Origin: Mobula hypostoma
Lineage: Eukaryota
DNA: 64,000 nucleotides
NCBI RefSeq assembly: GCF_963921235.1
Contig: NC_086097.1
Span: forward strand, 192,388,001 to 192,452,000
Direction of reading: 5' to 3'
The notes below the pieces were generated by a model. The model was not told the origin of the DNA, did no database searches, and worked only from the letters and a program-made list of their open reading frames with translations. Positions 50,743 to 61,372 of the stretch are shown here, in pieces. Position numbers and translations under genes: made by a program. Position 1 is the stretch's first letter. Every line of letters starts with the position of its first letter.

Positions 50743-53309
50743 GATTTATTCCATGGGCTTCAGACTTGTAAAGGATATTACATGGCACCTTAGCAACTCC
50801 AACAAACCCATCATCTCACTCCCTGCGCTTCAACATACCAGATAGCTCCTGATCTTGTACCCCATTGAATACAGCCTTCTGATCAATGCTTTCCTGATTA
50901 CTGATTCTGTGGAGTGTTGTGTCTCCCTCATCCTTACAATGTCAATTTTCAATGGGAGCCGCTCAACTAAATCAGTCATTGCATGCATTGTATTGGCCAT
51001 ATACTGTGCCTTTTATGGGGAATCTTTAGTTCTCTCATAGTTTTGAAATATCCTGTGAGTCTATTTGAAGGCATAAACATGAAACTGATGTTTGGAGCTG
51101 GTGAGTTTGCTAAATAATAACTAAGCTCTGTAAATTTTTCATCCTGATTGGACCTTTCACCTTGTCTGCAGGCAAAGAAAGAAATGTTGCAGTTGTTATA
51201 ATTCTGAAATGAAAATAAAATAGTCAAATGCTCTGTGGATCTGGCAGAATCTGAAAAAAGAGAATGAGTGTTGATATTTTAAGGTCTTGCTTTGCATTCC
51301 AGATTTGAATTAGGATCAAAGCCAGGACTTAGATTTCTGAAGAAAACAGGACATTTTCAAAATTCTCAGCTGGTGAAGCTGCACCTGTGGGGAAGAAAAG
51401 CAGAAAGACACCTTGTCTGAAATGTTAATTCTCTTTGTTTTCCTACAGTTGATGGAAATTCTGGACAAAGATTTTTCTGTACATTGCTAACAAAAGGTCA
51501 TCAATATGAAGAATTAGTTTCCCCCAAACTCTTCTCTCTTCCCCCCACCCTTCTCATTCCCCCACCCCCTTCTCTCTGTCCCCCACCCTTCCTTCTCCCC
51601 CTCCCCACCCCATGTATCCCCAACATTTTCTGCCTTAGTTAAGATTTTCAATGTCTGTATTATTGTGCATCTGGATAATATTTTCAGGTTACTTATTTTT
51701 AGCAAGGCTGGTTTGGATGTAGCCGAGACTTATGTTAGCTCGAGTGGTTTGGTTTGGTTCTAAAGTCAAAAACTGCAGACGGTGCAGCCTGTTATGGCAC
51801 ACTGAATCACTGCCAGCAACTTCAGAGCTTTGTGTTGAAATATGCATGTGTGAAAATCCTGAAGTTGCTGTCAGTTTCACAGAGTGATGACAATAGTTTT
51901 GATGTCAGCACTGGAGCAAATACCAGACTCAAAATTGTGCTTCCAGTTTTCAAAATGCAGAAAACAATTTATATTGTTCATATATCAAAACATGAGTCAC
52001 TTTTGAATGATGATTAGGTCTTCCAATGTTCACAGATCTTTGGGAATGATTTAAAATACTCCGTAAAAATAGGCATGTTGCAAATCATGGAAATATAGCA
52101 GCATACCTTGCCCTTTGCAGTATCCCCACTAATTAGAGGAAGCTAGTTCGATTGGTAAGAAACAAAAATTGCAGAGTGGATATTTACAGGTATATCATTA
52201 TGACTGACATGCTCCATCTGCTTTTCACTTTAAAATGTTCTTAAGAGTACATTAAACTTTAAATAATTGGTAGGAATAAATGTTAGAAAATTTGAATGCC
52301 CAGCAGCTAAGTGTTATAGCCCCAGGCTCCAACGGAAAGGCTGTAATTTTAATAATGGCATTGATTTGTATCCAAATATGATTTTGCCTGTGGGTGACTA
52401 TGGGCACTTCTCAGCAACACTTCAAGGAAAAAGTTTCACTGCAGCTAATTATTTAATCCAGGTACCCATAGAAATGGTAGTTAAGAAAAAAACTGTCATG
52501 AGTGGCTATCCTATCTATTTGGATAAGCAATTCTATAAGGCATAGTAATATGTCCTGAAGTAACGCTGCATTAGGGGCCTGCACCAGTTTTGGTTGAGGA
52601 TATTGGGAAAGAATATTTTAAATGCAGAAGATTTAATCAATGAAGTGTGTTTGCAAACCTGTACTTTTATGTGAACATGCATATATGAAGAGACATAAGT
52701 TTTCATGATGACATCTCTTGAAGCTGAAGACACAATATGAAAAACTGCTTCAACTCATGGATGTACTTTATGGAATGCCTTCCCTTGACTGATGATTGGA
52801 TTGAGGGAAATTGGCAAAGCTGGTAATAATTGTAAAGAAATGCACTGAAGAATGTTTTGATCTCTGATCAAAGGGTGTGCATGTTAAATATTGAAGAGCA
52901 ATGAGTAAGGTGGTTCAAGTGAGTTTTATAGTTGTATTAGTGAATAGAAAAAAAGTAATTCTGAATATAAGAACTCTATGACATGACAGCTTCAGATAGA
53001 AAATGTTGTTGCATTTATGGACCTCTGTGAGGTCACTCCAGAGGTATCAATGCCACTCTAATAGCAACAAATCATGAAAAAATTGAACTCATTCACACTT
53101 GTAACACCTGTAAGAGATGGCCAACATGAAACTTTGTGCCCCGCCTTTGTCAGAATATGATTGATTGAGTTAGCTACAGGAGTGGGTTCATTGCTGCCAG
53201 TAAAATCACAGTACCACAGCTCTGGTATTGATTCAGCAGAGACAGAAGGGCTGGCATAATGACAGTGGGCTGAGGGGATAGAATCATGAATTGCAAATCT
53301 CAGCTCAGT

Positions 53310-53620
53310 TTACACCTTTTTCTTTCCATATGGTGGGATGACAATGCTGACTGTGGAGAAGAGAAAGCAATTGCTTTGAATTAGATGATGCTTGACTGTG
53401 GGTCCTCAGGCTCATGTACCTTCTTCCTGGTGGTGGCCAGGACGAGAGGGCATGACCTGGATGGTGGAGGTCCGTGGTGACATTGCCTTTCTGAGACATG
53501 GGGAAAATGGACTTATGATGGAACTGGCTGAGACTGCTGCTCTGTAACCTCTTGTGTTCCTGTGCATTGAAGTGTCCAGACCAGACCATGATGCAGCCTG
53601 GAATGTGAAGAACATGATTT
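53310..53620 (-). mobile_element. Rex/Babar-like LINE 3' fragment
   Basis: MVWSGHFNAQEHKRLQ..DLHHPGHALSSWPPPGRRYMSLRT. Confidence 0.65.
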
Positions 53621-53787
53621 GTATTTTACCAATTCTTTCCTTTTCCTCCCCACTCTTGTATTTCTCTTTCTCTTCTGGACATGGAATTTGCTATTGGTGT
53701 CACTCAGTTTATCTGTGTCTCTCCCTTACTTCACTGTGTCAATCTTAACATAACCCTCTGAATCTTGTTTCTTTCCATTTTGAAGGC

Positions 53788-55645
53788 CATAAGACATAGG
53801 AGCAGAATTTGGCCATTCAGTCCATTGAGTCTGCTCTGCCATTTCATCATGGCTGATTTATTATTCCTCTCAACTCCATCCTCTGCATTCTCCTCCTAAC
53901 CTTTGATGACCTGACTCATCAAGGATCTGTCAACGTCTGTTTTAAATCTACCCAGTGGCTGGGCGTCCACAGTGATCTGTGGCAATGAATTCCACAGATT
54001 CATCACCCCTTAGCTAAAGAAATTCCTCCTTATCTCTGTCCCTCAATTCTGAGGCTGTGTCCTCTGGTCCTAGGTTCCCCCACTATAGGAAACATCCTCT
54101 CCACATCCACTCAGTCAAAGCCTTTCAACATTTGATAGATTTCAATGTGAAACCCCCTCATTCTTCTAAACTCTAGTGAGTACAGGCCCAGAACAATCAA
54201 AAGCTCCTTATTCATTAACCCTTTCTTTCCTGGAATCCTTCCCATGTACCTCCTCTGGAGGCTCTCCAATGCAGCGTATTCTTTCTTAGGTAAAGAGGCC
54301 TAAAACTGCTCACAATTCTCTGAGTGCACTTTGATTAATGTCTTATAAAGCCTCAGCATTAATCCTTGCTTTTATATTCTCATCCTCTCCAAATGCATAA
54401 TAACATTGCATTTGCATTTCTTACCACCAACTCAATCTACATGGGGAATCCCCAGTCCCTTTGCACCTCAGCATTTAAAAATGTTCTTGCTGTTTAAAAA
54501 TGCAGTCTATGTCTTTATTCTTTCTACCAAAATGCATGACCATACATTTCCCTGCATTATAGTCCATCTACAACTTTGTCCATTCCCCAATTTAAGTCCT
54601 TTCGCAGACACCTTCCTTCCTCAACACTACCTGTCCCTCCATCTATATTTTCATATCATCTACCAACTTGGACACAAAGCCATCAGTTCCATCATCCAAA
54701 TCATTGACATACAACGTGAAAAGAAGCAGTCCCAATACTGAGGCTATGTCCACACTAGACCGGATAAATCCATAACTGAAGCTTTTTCTCTTTGTTTTGA
54801 CCCTCCGTCCACAGTGAAATGGCATTTTCCTCCCCCGAAAATGGAGCTTTTTGAAAATGCTCTCCGGAGTGTGTAAATCTGAAAGCACCGGTTGGGTGGT
54901 GTGGTGTAGTGTGTACGGGGTAACCGGAGCTTTTTAAAAACTCTGTCAAGACGTGCCGAACAGATGGTGGTGGTAGCGTGGCATTTTATTGCTTTCTTGA
55001 ACGCAACCCCCAACACCACAACAACAATGGCGGACGGCTTCATGCGTGTGTTGTTTACTTTATTGTCTACGTTAATAGCTGCTTTATCCAGAGGAGGTTT
55101 TCTTTGTATTCCTTGAAGACATTGTTAAAAACTTTCTTTCGATGTTGTTATAGGTACTCTGGTTTTTGACCAATGGAAATAGCACAACGCCGCTGTGGAA
55201 ACGGAAATAGTATATAGTTTCCTCTTTGCTTGTTTTCTGTAGATGTGTCCTGCGCATGCCCAGTAGGAGGAGATTCGCCCAAATACCCGTTTTAATGTGG
55301 ACGGAGGTATTTTCAAAAACGTCTGGTGTGGATGCCTATCGTTTTTACACAAAACTGTCATTTTCAAAATTATCCGGTCTAGTGTGGATGTAGCCTAAGG
55401 CCTGCAGAATACTAGTCACTGGCAGCCTACCAGAAAGGAGCCCTGTACTCCCACCGTTTGCCTCCTCATGCCAGCCAATCTTGTATCTAAGCTAGTGTGT
55501 TTCCTGTAATATCATGGGCTCTTATTCTGTGCGGCATAAGCAAAAGCCTTGTCAAAAGCCTTCTGAAAAATCCAAGTATACAATATCCACTGACTCTCCT
55601 TTATCATTCCTGCCTGTTATTTCCTCAAAGAGTTCCAACAGATGT
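53788..55645 (-). mobile_element. CR1 RT and 3' end, interrupted by a Harbinger element
   Basis: Minus strand DFSEGF*QG, SVLGLLLFTLYVNDLDD..SKLVDD; tail tatgtcttatgg. Confidence 0.8.
54742..55395. mobile_element. Non-autonomous PIF/Harbinger DNA transposon (654 bp)
   Basis: 26-bp TIRs GGCTATGTCCACACTAGACCGGATAA / TTATCCGGTCTAGTGTGGATGTAGCC (24/26); 3-bp flanks TGA/TAA; subterminal ccgtccac/gtggacgg and ttttgaaaa motifs. Confidence 0.85.
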
Positions 55646-55879
55646 TTTCACAATAGAGTTGTTAGAACCTGCAAGCTGACAACCAATGTCAATTTGAAGT
55701 TAGTAAAGTAAAGTAATTGTCCCTTAGTTGTTGGGGGTGTTTCACATCCTTCTGTTCTTCCTATCTCAGCTGTCCCCGGCACCCCTACTGTGTAAAGGGA
55801 AGCTATGTTCTTAAGTTGAATACACACTGCCACAGTCACCCTCATTTATCTCTTCTGTAGTAAGTAGGGTCTGGCAGGA

Positions 55880-56965
55880 TCTGTCTCCACCGCATCTGCT
55901 CTCAGGATGAGGTTTTTCAATCTAGAATGAAGAAGATGTCCTCCTTTCTCAAAGCAAGGCATTTCTTTTTCTCAAACATTAACGCTGCCCTCAACTGCAT
56001 CTCTTCCATTTCACATACGCCTGCTCTTACCCCATCCTCCTGCCACCCTACTAGGAAAAGGGTTCCTCTTGTCCTCACTTACCATCCTATCAACCTCTGT
56101 GTCCAGCATATAATTCTCCGAAACTTCTACCACCTCCAACAAGATCCCACCATCAACCACATCTTACCCTCTCTCCCACTTTCTGCTTTCTGCAGGGATC
56201 GCCCTCTACACGACTTCCTTGTCCATTCGTCCCTCCCCACTGATCTCCCTCCTGGCACTTATCCTTGCAAGCAGAACCAGTGCTACATCTGCCCTACACC
56301 TCCTCCCTCACTGCCATCCAGGGTCCTTCCAGGTGAGGCAGCACTTCACTTGTGAGTCTGTTGGGGTCACTTACTGTGTTCGGTGCTCCCAGTGTGGGCT
56401 CTTCCTACATCAATGAGACCCAACATAGATTGGGAGACTGCTTTGCCGAGCACCTACTCTCTACCTGCCAGAGCACACGGGATCTTCCAGTGGCCACACA
56501 TTTCAATTCTGCAGCCCATTCCCATTCCGATATGTCCATTCACGGCCTACTCCACTGTCGTGATGAAGCCACACTTAGGTTGGAGGAACTACACCTTGTA
56601 TTCCATTTGGGTAGCCTCCAACCTGAAGACATGAACATCGATTTCTCAACATCCCCCACCCCTTCTCTATTTTGCATCCCCTTTTCCCTCCCTCACCTCA
56701 TTGCCTACCTCTGGTGCTCTTTCCTCCTTTTTCATTCTTCCATGCCCATCTGTCTCTTTCACCAATCAGCTTCCCAGCTCTTTACTTCATCCCTCACCCT
56801 CCAGGTTTCACCTATCACCTGGTGGTTCTCTCTCTCCTCCCCCCACCTTCTAAATCTACTCCACATCTATTTTTCTGCCGAAGAGGTTCAGCCCCAAACA
56901 TCAACTGTACTTTTTTCTATAGGTGCTGACTGGCCTGCGGAGTTCCTCTAGCATTTTCTGTGTGT
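55880..56965 (+). mobile_element. Penelope-like element 3' fragment
   Basis: RVPLVLTYHP, YPCKQNQCYICP, VTYCVRCSQCG, RLGDCFAEHL, VATHFNS, LGSLQPEDMNIDF; decayed hammerhead near 56875-56908. Confidence 0.9.
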
Positions 56966-57240
56966 TAGCTCTGGCAGTCTCACCTCAAAGGTCTCACTTG
57001 ACTATAACTGCCCCAAGCTATCCTTCCCAGGATATTGTCTTTAATCCTTTGCCTTACTGAAACTTTCACACTCCCTTCTTTGGGTCCTTTAGATGAAAAC
57101 ATGAATCTTACTGAATTTCAAAATTAGAGTCTGATACTCTGTAAGCAACAGGAATTCTGCAGATGCTGGAAATTCAAGCAACATACATCAAAGTTGCTGG
57201 TGAACGCAGCAGGCCAAGCAGCATCTATAGGAAGAGGCGC

Positions 57241-57276
57241 AGTCGACGTTTCAGGCCGAGACCCTTCGTCAGGACT
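57241..57276 (-). ncRNA. Minimal type I hammerhead ribozyme motif (PLE-associated), core intact
   Basis: Minus strand AGUC CUGACGA AGG GUCUCGG CCU GAAAC GUC^GACU: stem I AGUC/GACU, stem II AGG/CCU, loopless palindromic stem III. Confidence 0.75.
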
Positions 57277-57567
57277 AACTGAAGGAAGAGTGAGTAAGGG
57301 ATTTGAAAGCTGGAGGGGGAGGGGGAGATGCAAAATGATAGGAGAAGACAGGAGGGGGAGGGATAGAGCCGAGAGCTGGACAGGTGATAGGCAAAAGGGG
57401 ATACGAGAGGATCATGGGACAGGAGGCCTAGGGAGAAAGACGGGGGGGGTGACCCAGAGGATGGGCAAGAGGTATATTCAGAGGGACAGAGGGAGAAAAA
57501 GGAGAGTGAGAGAAAGAATGCGTGCATAAAAAGGAGTAACAGCTGGGGTACGAGGGGGAGGTGGGGC

Positions 57568-58299
57568 CTAGCGGAAGTTAGAGAAGTCAATGTTCATGCC
57601 ATCAGGTTGGAGGCTACCCAGACGGAATATAAGGTGTTGTTCCTCCAACCTGAGTGTGGCTTCATCTCTACAGTAGAGGAGGCCGTGGATAGACATGTCA
57701 GAATGGGAATGGGATGTGGAATTAAAATGTGTGGCCACTGGGAGATCCTGCTTTCTCTGGCGGACAGAGCGTAGATGTTCAGCAAAGCGGTCTCCCAGTC
57801 TGCGTCGGGTCTCACCAATATATAAAAGGCCACATCGGGAGCACCGGACGCAGTATATCACCCCAGTCGACTCACAGGTGAAGTGATGCCTCACCTGGAA
57901 GGACTGTTTGGGGCCCTGAATGGTGGTAAGGGAGGAAGTGTAAGGGCATGTGTAGCACTTGTTCCGCTTACACGGATAAGTGCCAGGAGGGAGATCAGTG
58001 GGGAGGGATGGGGGGGATGAATGGACAAGGGAGTTGTGTAGGGAGCGATCCCTGCGGAATGCAGAGAGAGGGGGGGAGGGAAAGATGTGCTTAGTGGTGG
58101 GATCCCGTTGGAGGTGGCGGAAGTTACGGAGAATAATATGTTGGACCCGGAGGCTGGTGGAGTGGTAGGTGAGGACCAGGGGAACCCTATTCCTAGTGGG
58201 GTGGTGGGAGGATGGAGTGAGAGCAGATGTACGTGAAATGGAGGAGATGCGTTTAAGAGCAGAGTTGATAGTGGAGGAAGGGAAGCCCCTTTCTTTAAA
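57568..58299 (-). pseudogene. PLE polyprotein C-terminus: Cys linker plus GIY-YIG endonuclease (open frame, lacks native start and RT)
   Basis: YPCKRNKCYTCP; GVIYCVRCSRCGLLYIGETRRRLGDRFAEH; VATHFNS..H; RLEEQHLIFRLGSLQPDGMN. Confidence 0.9.
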
Positions 58300-58694
58300 A
58301 ATACTCTGTGACGTTTTCATCAGGAACAGTTGGCTATTGATATCAGGACAAATGTGCAACACTCCTGGCTAAAACTGACACAAGTATCACCGCTCTTAGA
58401 CAACAGAAAAGTCTAGTGCTAGTTGATTTTGAAGGGCCACAATGCAGATTTCCAGGATTTCAGCAGTAATGACAGTGATGGCCTGGCTCATGTCATCAAA
58501 TATGAGGGCTGTGTTAGTAACCAGCTTCTCCTCAGTGCTGAGACCATGTTAATGCTTTCATGAGCTAGTCTGGCCTGTCTCCAGAACGAGGACACTACAA
58601 TCTAGAAATGCTCAGTCTCAGTCATGGCATATGTTTACAGCAGGATGTAGGAGGAGAGTAGGCAGGTGGTACATCTATAGTTCTGCCACAAGTC

Positions 58695-59250
58695 CATAAG
58701 ATATAGGAGCAGAACTAGGCCATTCGGCTCATCAAATCTGCGCAGACATTTCATCCAATTTTCCTCTCAGTCCCAATCCCCACCCTTCTCCCCGTATCCC
58801 TTCATGCCCTGACCAGTCAAGAATCTATCAACCTCTGCCTTTAATATACATAAAGGCTTGGACTCTACAGCTGCCTGTGGCAAAGAATTCCACAGGTTCA
58901 CCACTCTCTGGCTAAAGAGAGAAATTCCTCCTCACCTCCATTCTAGAAGGACACTCCTCTATTCTGAGACTGTGTCCTCTGGTCTAAGACTCTCCCATTA
59001 TAGAAAATATCTTCTCCCATCCACCCTATCAAGGTCTTTCACCATTCAACAGATTTCAAAGAGGTCGCCTCCCATTTATCTGAAATTTAGTGAATACATG
59101 CCCAGAGCCATCAAACACTCTTCATATGACAAGCCACTCAATCCTGGAATCATTTTTGTAATTCTCCTTTGCACCCTCGCCAATGTCAGCATATCTTTTC
59201 TACGATAAAGGGCCCAAAACTGCTCACAATACTCCAAGTGAGGCCTCACC
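58695..59250 (-). mobile_element. CR1 3' end
   Basis: VRPHLEYCEQFW..RVQRRITKMIPG; tail tatatcttatgg. Confidence 0.8.
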
Positions 59251-59894
59251 TGTGATTCAGTGGTACAGGCCATGCTGTCAATCCACCTTCCAGGTGTACA
59301 GATGCTCTCTAGAGCAGACCTACCAACCTGACTGGTTAGTATGCAATGCATATTCAGAACGAAGGTGAAGACAGGTGTTACGAGGATTGGTGATGTAGAA
59401 TGTTTCTGCATTTCAACAGAAAGTAGTTGTCCAGGTTACCCAAAACCTGTAATGCACAATGATTACTTAAAGTGGGAAATAGCAAAGATCAGAAGTTCAG
59501 TCCATCAGTCTTTATCATTAACTTTCTACTAGCCACCTGTTCCTTCGTCCGCTGGCTTAATGATACAAGGCGTGCATCCATGTCAGCTTTCCTCGAATCT
59601 TCATATGGTCAGCAGCACTTGGAATGGACCTTCCCAGCAGTGCTCCTGATAGTTCTTTCATTGGTAGGTTCTCACCAGTCTCCAATTCCCAAGCTGGTAG
59701 GTGAGACAACCTGCAACAAGCATCACCTTCTGGATGTCAAGTACCTGTTGATGGAAACCTTTAAGAACTTGTTTAGTGATGTACAACAATGCCACATGCT
59801 TTCATTCATAATATGGATGTCCATCTGATTAGTTAAAAAGGGAGAGCAAGTGGTTGGTGCATGGTACTTCCCAAAACTATCTCATGCAGAGATA

Positions 59895-60422
59895 CAGTAC
59901 TGTAGCAAAGCCTTAGGCACATGCATTTAGATAGGGTGCCTAAGATATCTGCACAAAGCTGTTTCTATCAATGTGGAACAGAGAGTGAGTTTCTAAATCT
60001 GGCAGGAGCAAGATGTTGGGAATGGCGAGAGTGGAGCATCACGTGGCAGAGGAGGTGTGCCATGGGCGTGGGGAGGGTGTGGGGAGTGTTGGTACGGGTG
60101 CAGACACACCTGGGCCTGAGGCATTATGCAAGGTGTTTTGCTTCCAAACAATTTGTATATTGATCATTACAGAATGCCTCTCTGGTACTTCCCTTTTCCT
60201 TCACTCTCCCTTTTGCTTTTCCTCTCCTGCCCCTTTTCCACTCTCAGTTCGCAACAGAGACCCATATCAGAATCAACTTCATCATCACTTATGCATGTCA
60301 TGAAATTAGTTGTTTGGTTTTGCAGCAATAGTACAGTGCAATACATAGCATGACTGCAACATTGCACAAAAGTCTTAGATACACTAGCTGTATATGGGCC
60401 TAAAGAATTTTGCTCAGTACTA
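59895..60422. mobile_element. Composite Tc1/mariner-type MITE with self-palindromic ends
   Basis: TA-cagtactgtagcaaagccttaggcac ... ggcctaaagaattttgctcagtacta-TA; extra inward TIR copies at ~59936-59955 and ~60363-60382. Confidence 0.7.
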
Positions 60423-61372
60423 TAGACCTATTATGCTATTTGGAATGCAGTGCATTGTCTTGAGGGCCAGTGGAAGCACCTATGGCCAACTTAGATCAGT
60501 CTCAAATGACGTTTACACTCCTATATGACTTAACTGGTAAAGCGAGAACCATTATCATTTGAGATTTTTTTTCAGTGATCTCAAACCTAGGAATAAATTC
60601 TTTATAATAAAAAAATTAAGCAACTGTTACAGCATCATTTCTCTGAATTGGGTAAGTTTTTACCCATTGTGATAACAAACACTATAACAAGTGCAACATC
60701 ACTATCCATACATTTGGGTAACTGCATAAAATCCAACATTGGGTAACATCCTGAGGGAGAACCAGCAGTAGCAGGAAAAGTTTCATAGTTAATTCACTAT
60801 GTTTTATCAGAGTTTCGAAGGGGTGAAACACCCTTGTAGCTCCATAATTGTCCATTGCTACGCACTATTCTTCAGGCATAATGAGATTTCAGTGTAAATG
60901 TTTACAGCAGCACCAGCTGCAAGGAAGAAAGCTTTTGTTCAGGTAAAAAGGTTCAGCTGCTTGAGCAGAACAGAAGGGAAGGTAGCCGTGCCAGCCCAGT
61001 GGCTATACGAGGTGGAGGACAAAACTAAAGAAAATGACGTTAGAGTTTTGATCAAATGGCATTTTACAATGGGCAGAATTAAAATTGTCCAAATTCTTAA
61101 GTACAATTTGGGAACCCAATTGTATACCCAATGGTGATTATGGTGGTGGAGGCACGAAACTGCTCTGAAAGCTGCCTTGGCCAGGAAGCATCCAGGCCAT
61201 CCACATACAAAAACATATCCCTCGCAGATATCCCCATGTTTTACTCCTACAGTGTTCCCCATCCTATTTCCACGTTTGATGCAAACCAAAGAACTATAAA
61301 GTTCTACATTAAGAATAGCACTATCTATAATAAACCAGTTAATTATGCTGTTCAAAACTAAAATAATGCCAG

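Larger units (their letters stand above)
57143..58300 (-). mobile_element. Young 5'-truncated Penelope-like (Neptune-type) element with 9-bp TSD
   Basis: Perfect TSD atactctgt (57134-42 / 58301-09); CpG-rich; open frame to stop codon; intact hammerhead core. Confidence 0.93.

Noticed and set aside
51528..51612. C-rich tract with ~21-bp imperfect periodicity (G-quadruplex-like on minus)
   Set aside because: Simple low-complexity sequence with no evidence of function.
52267..52545. 92-aa ORF in unique DNA as a host gene
   Set aside because: Non-ATG start, no recognisable domain and no convincing splice structure.
58310..59870. Possible very old RTE-like remnant flanking the CR1 at 58695-59250
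   Set aside because: Only vague motif resemblance; not supportable without a search.
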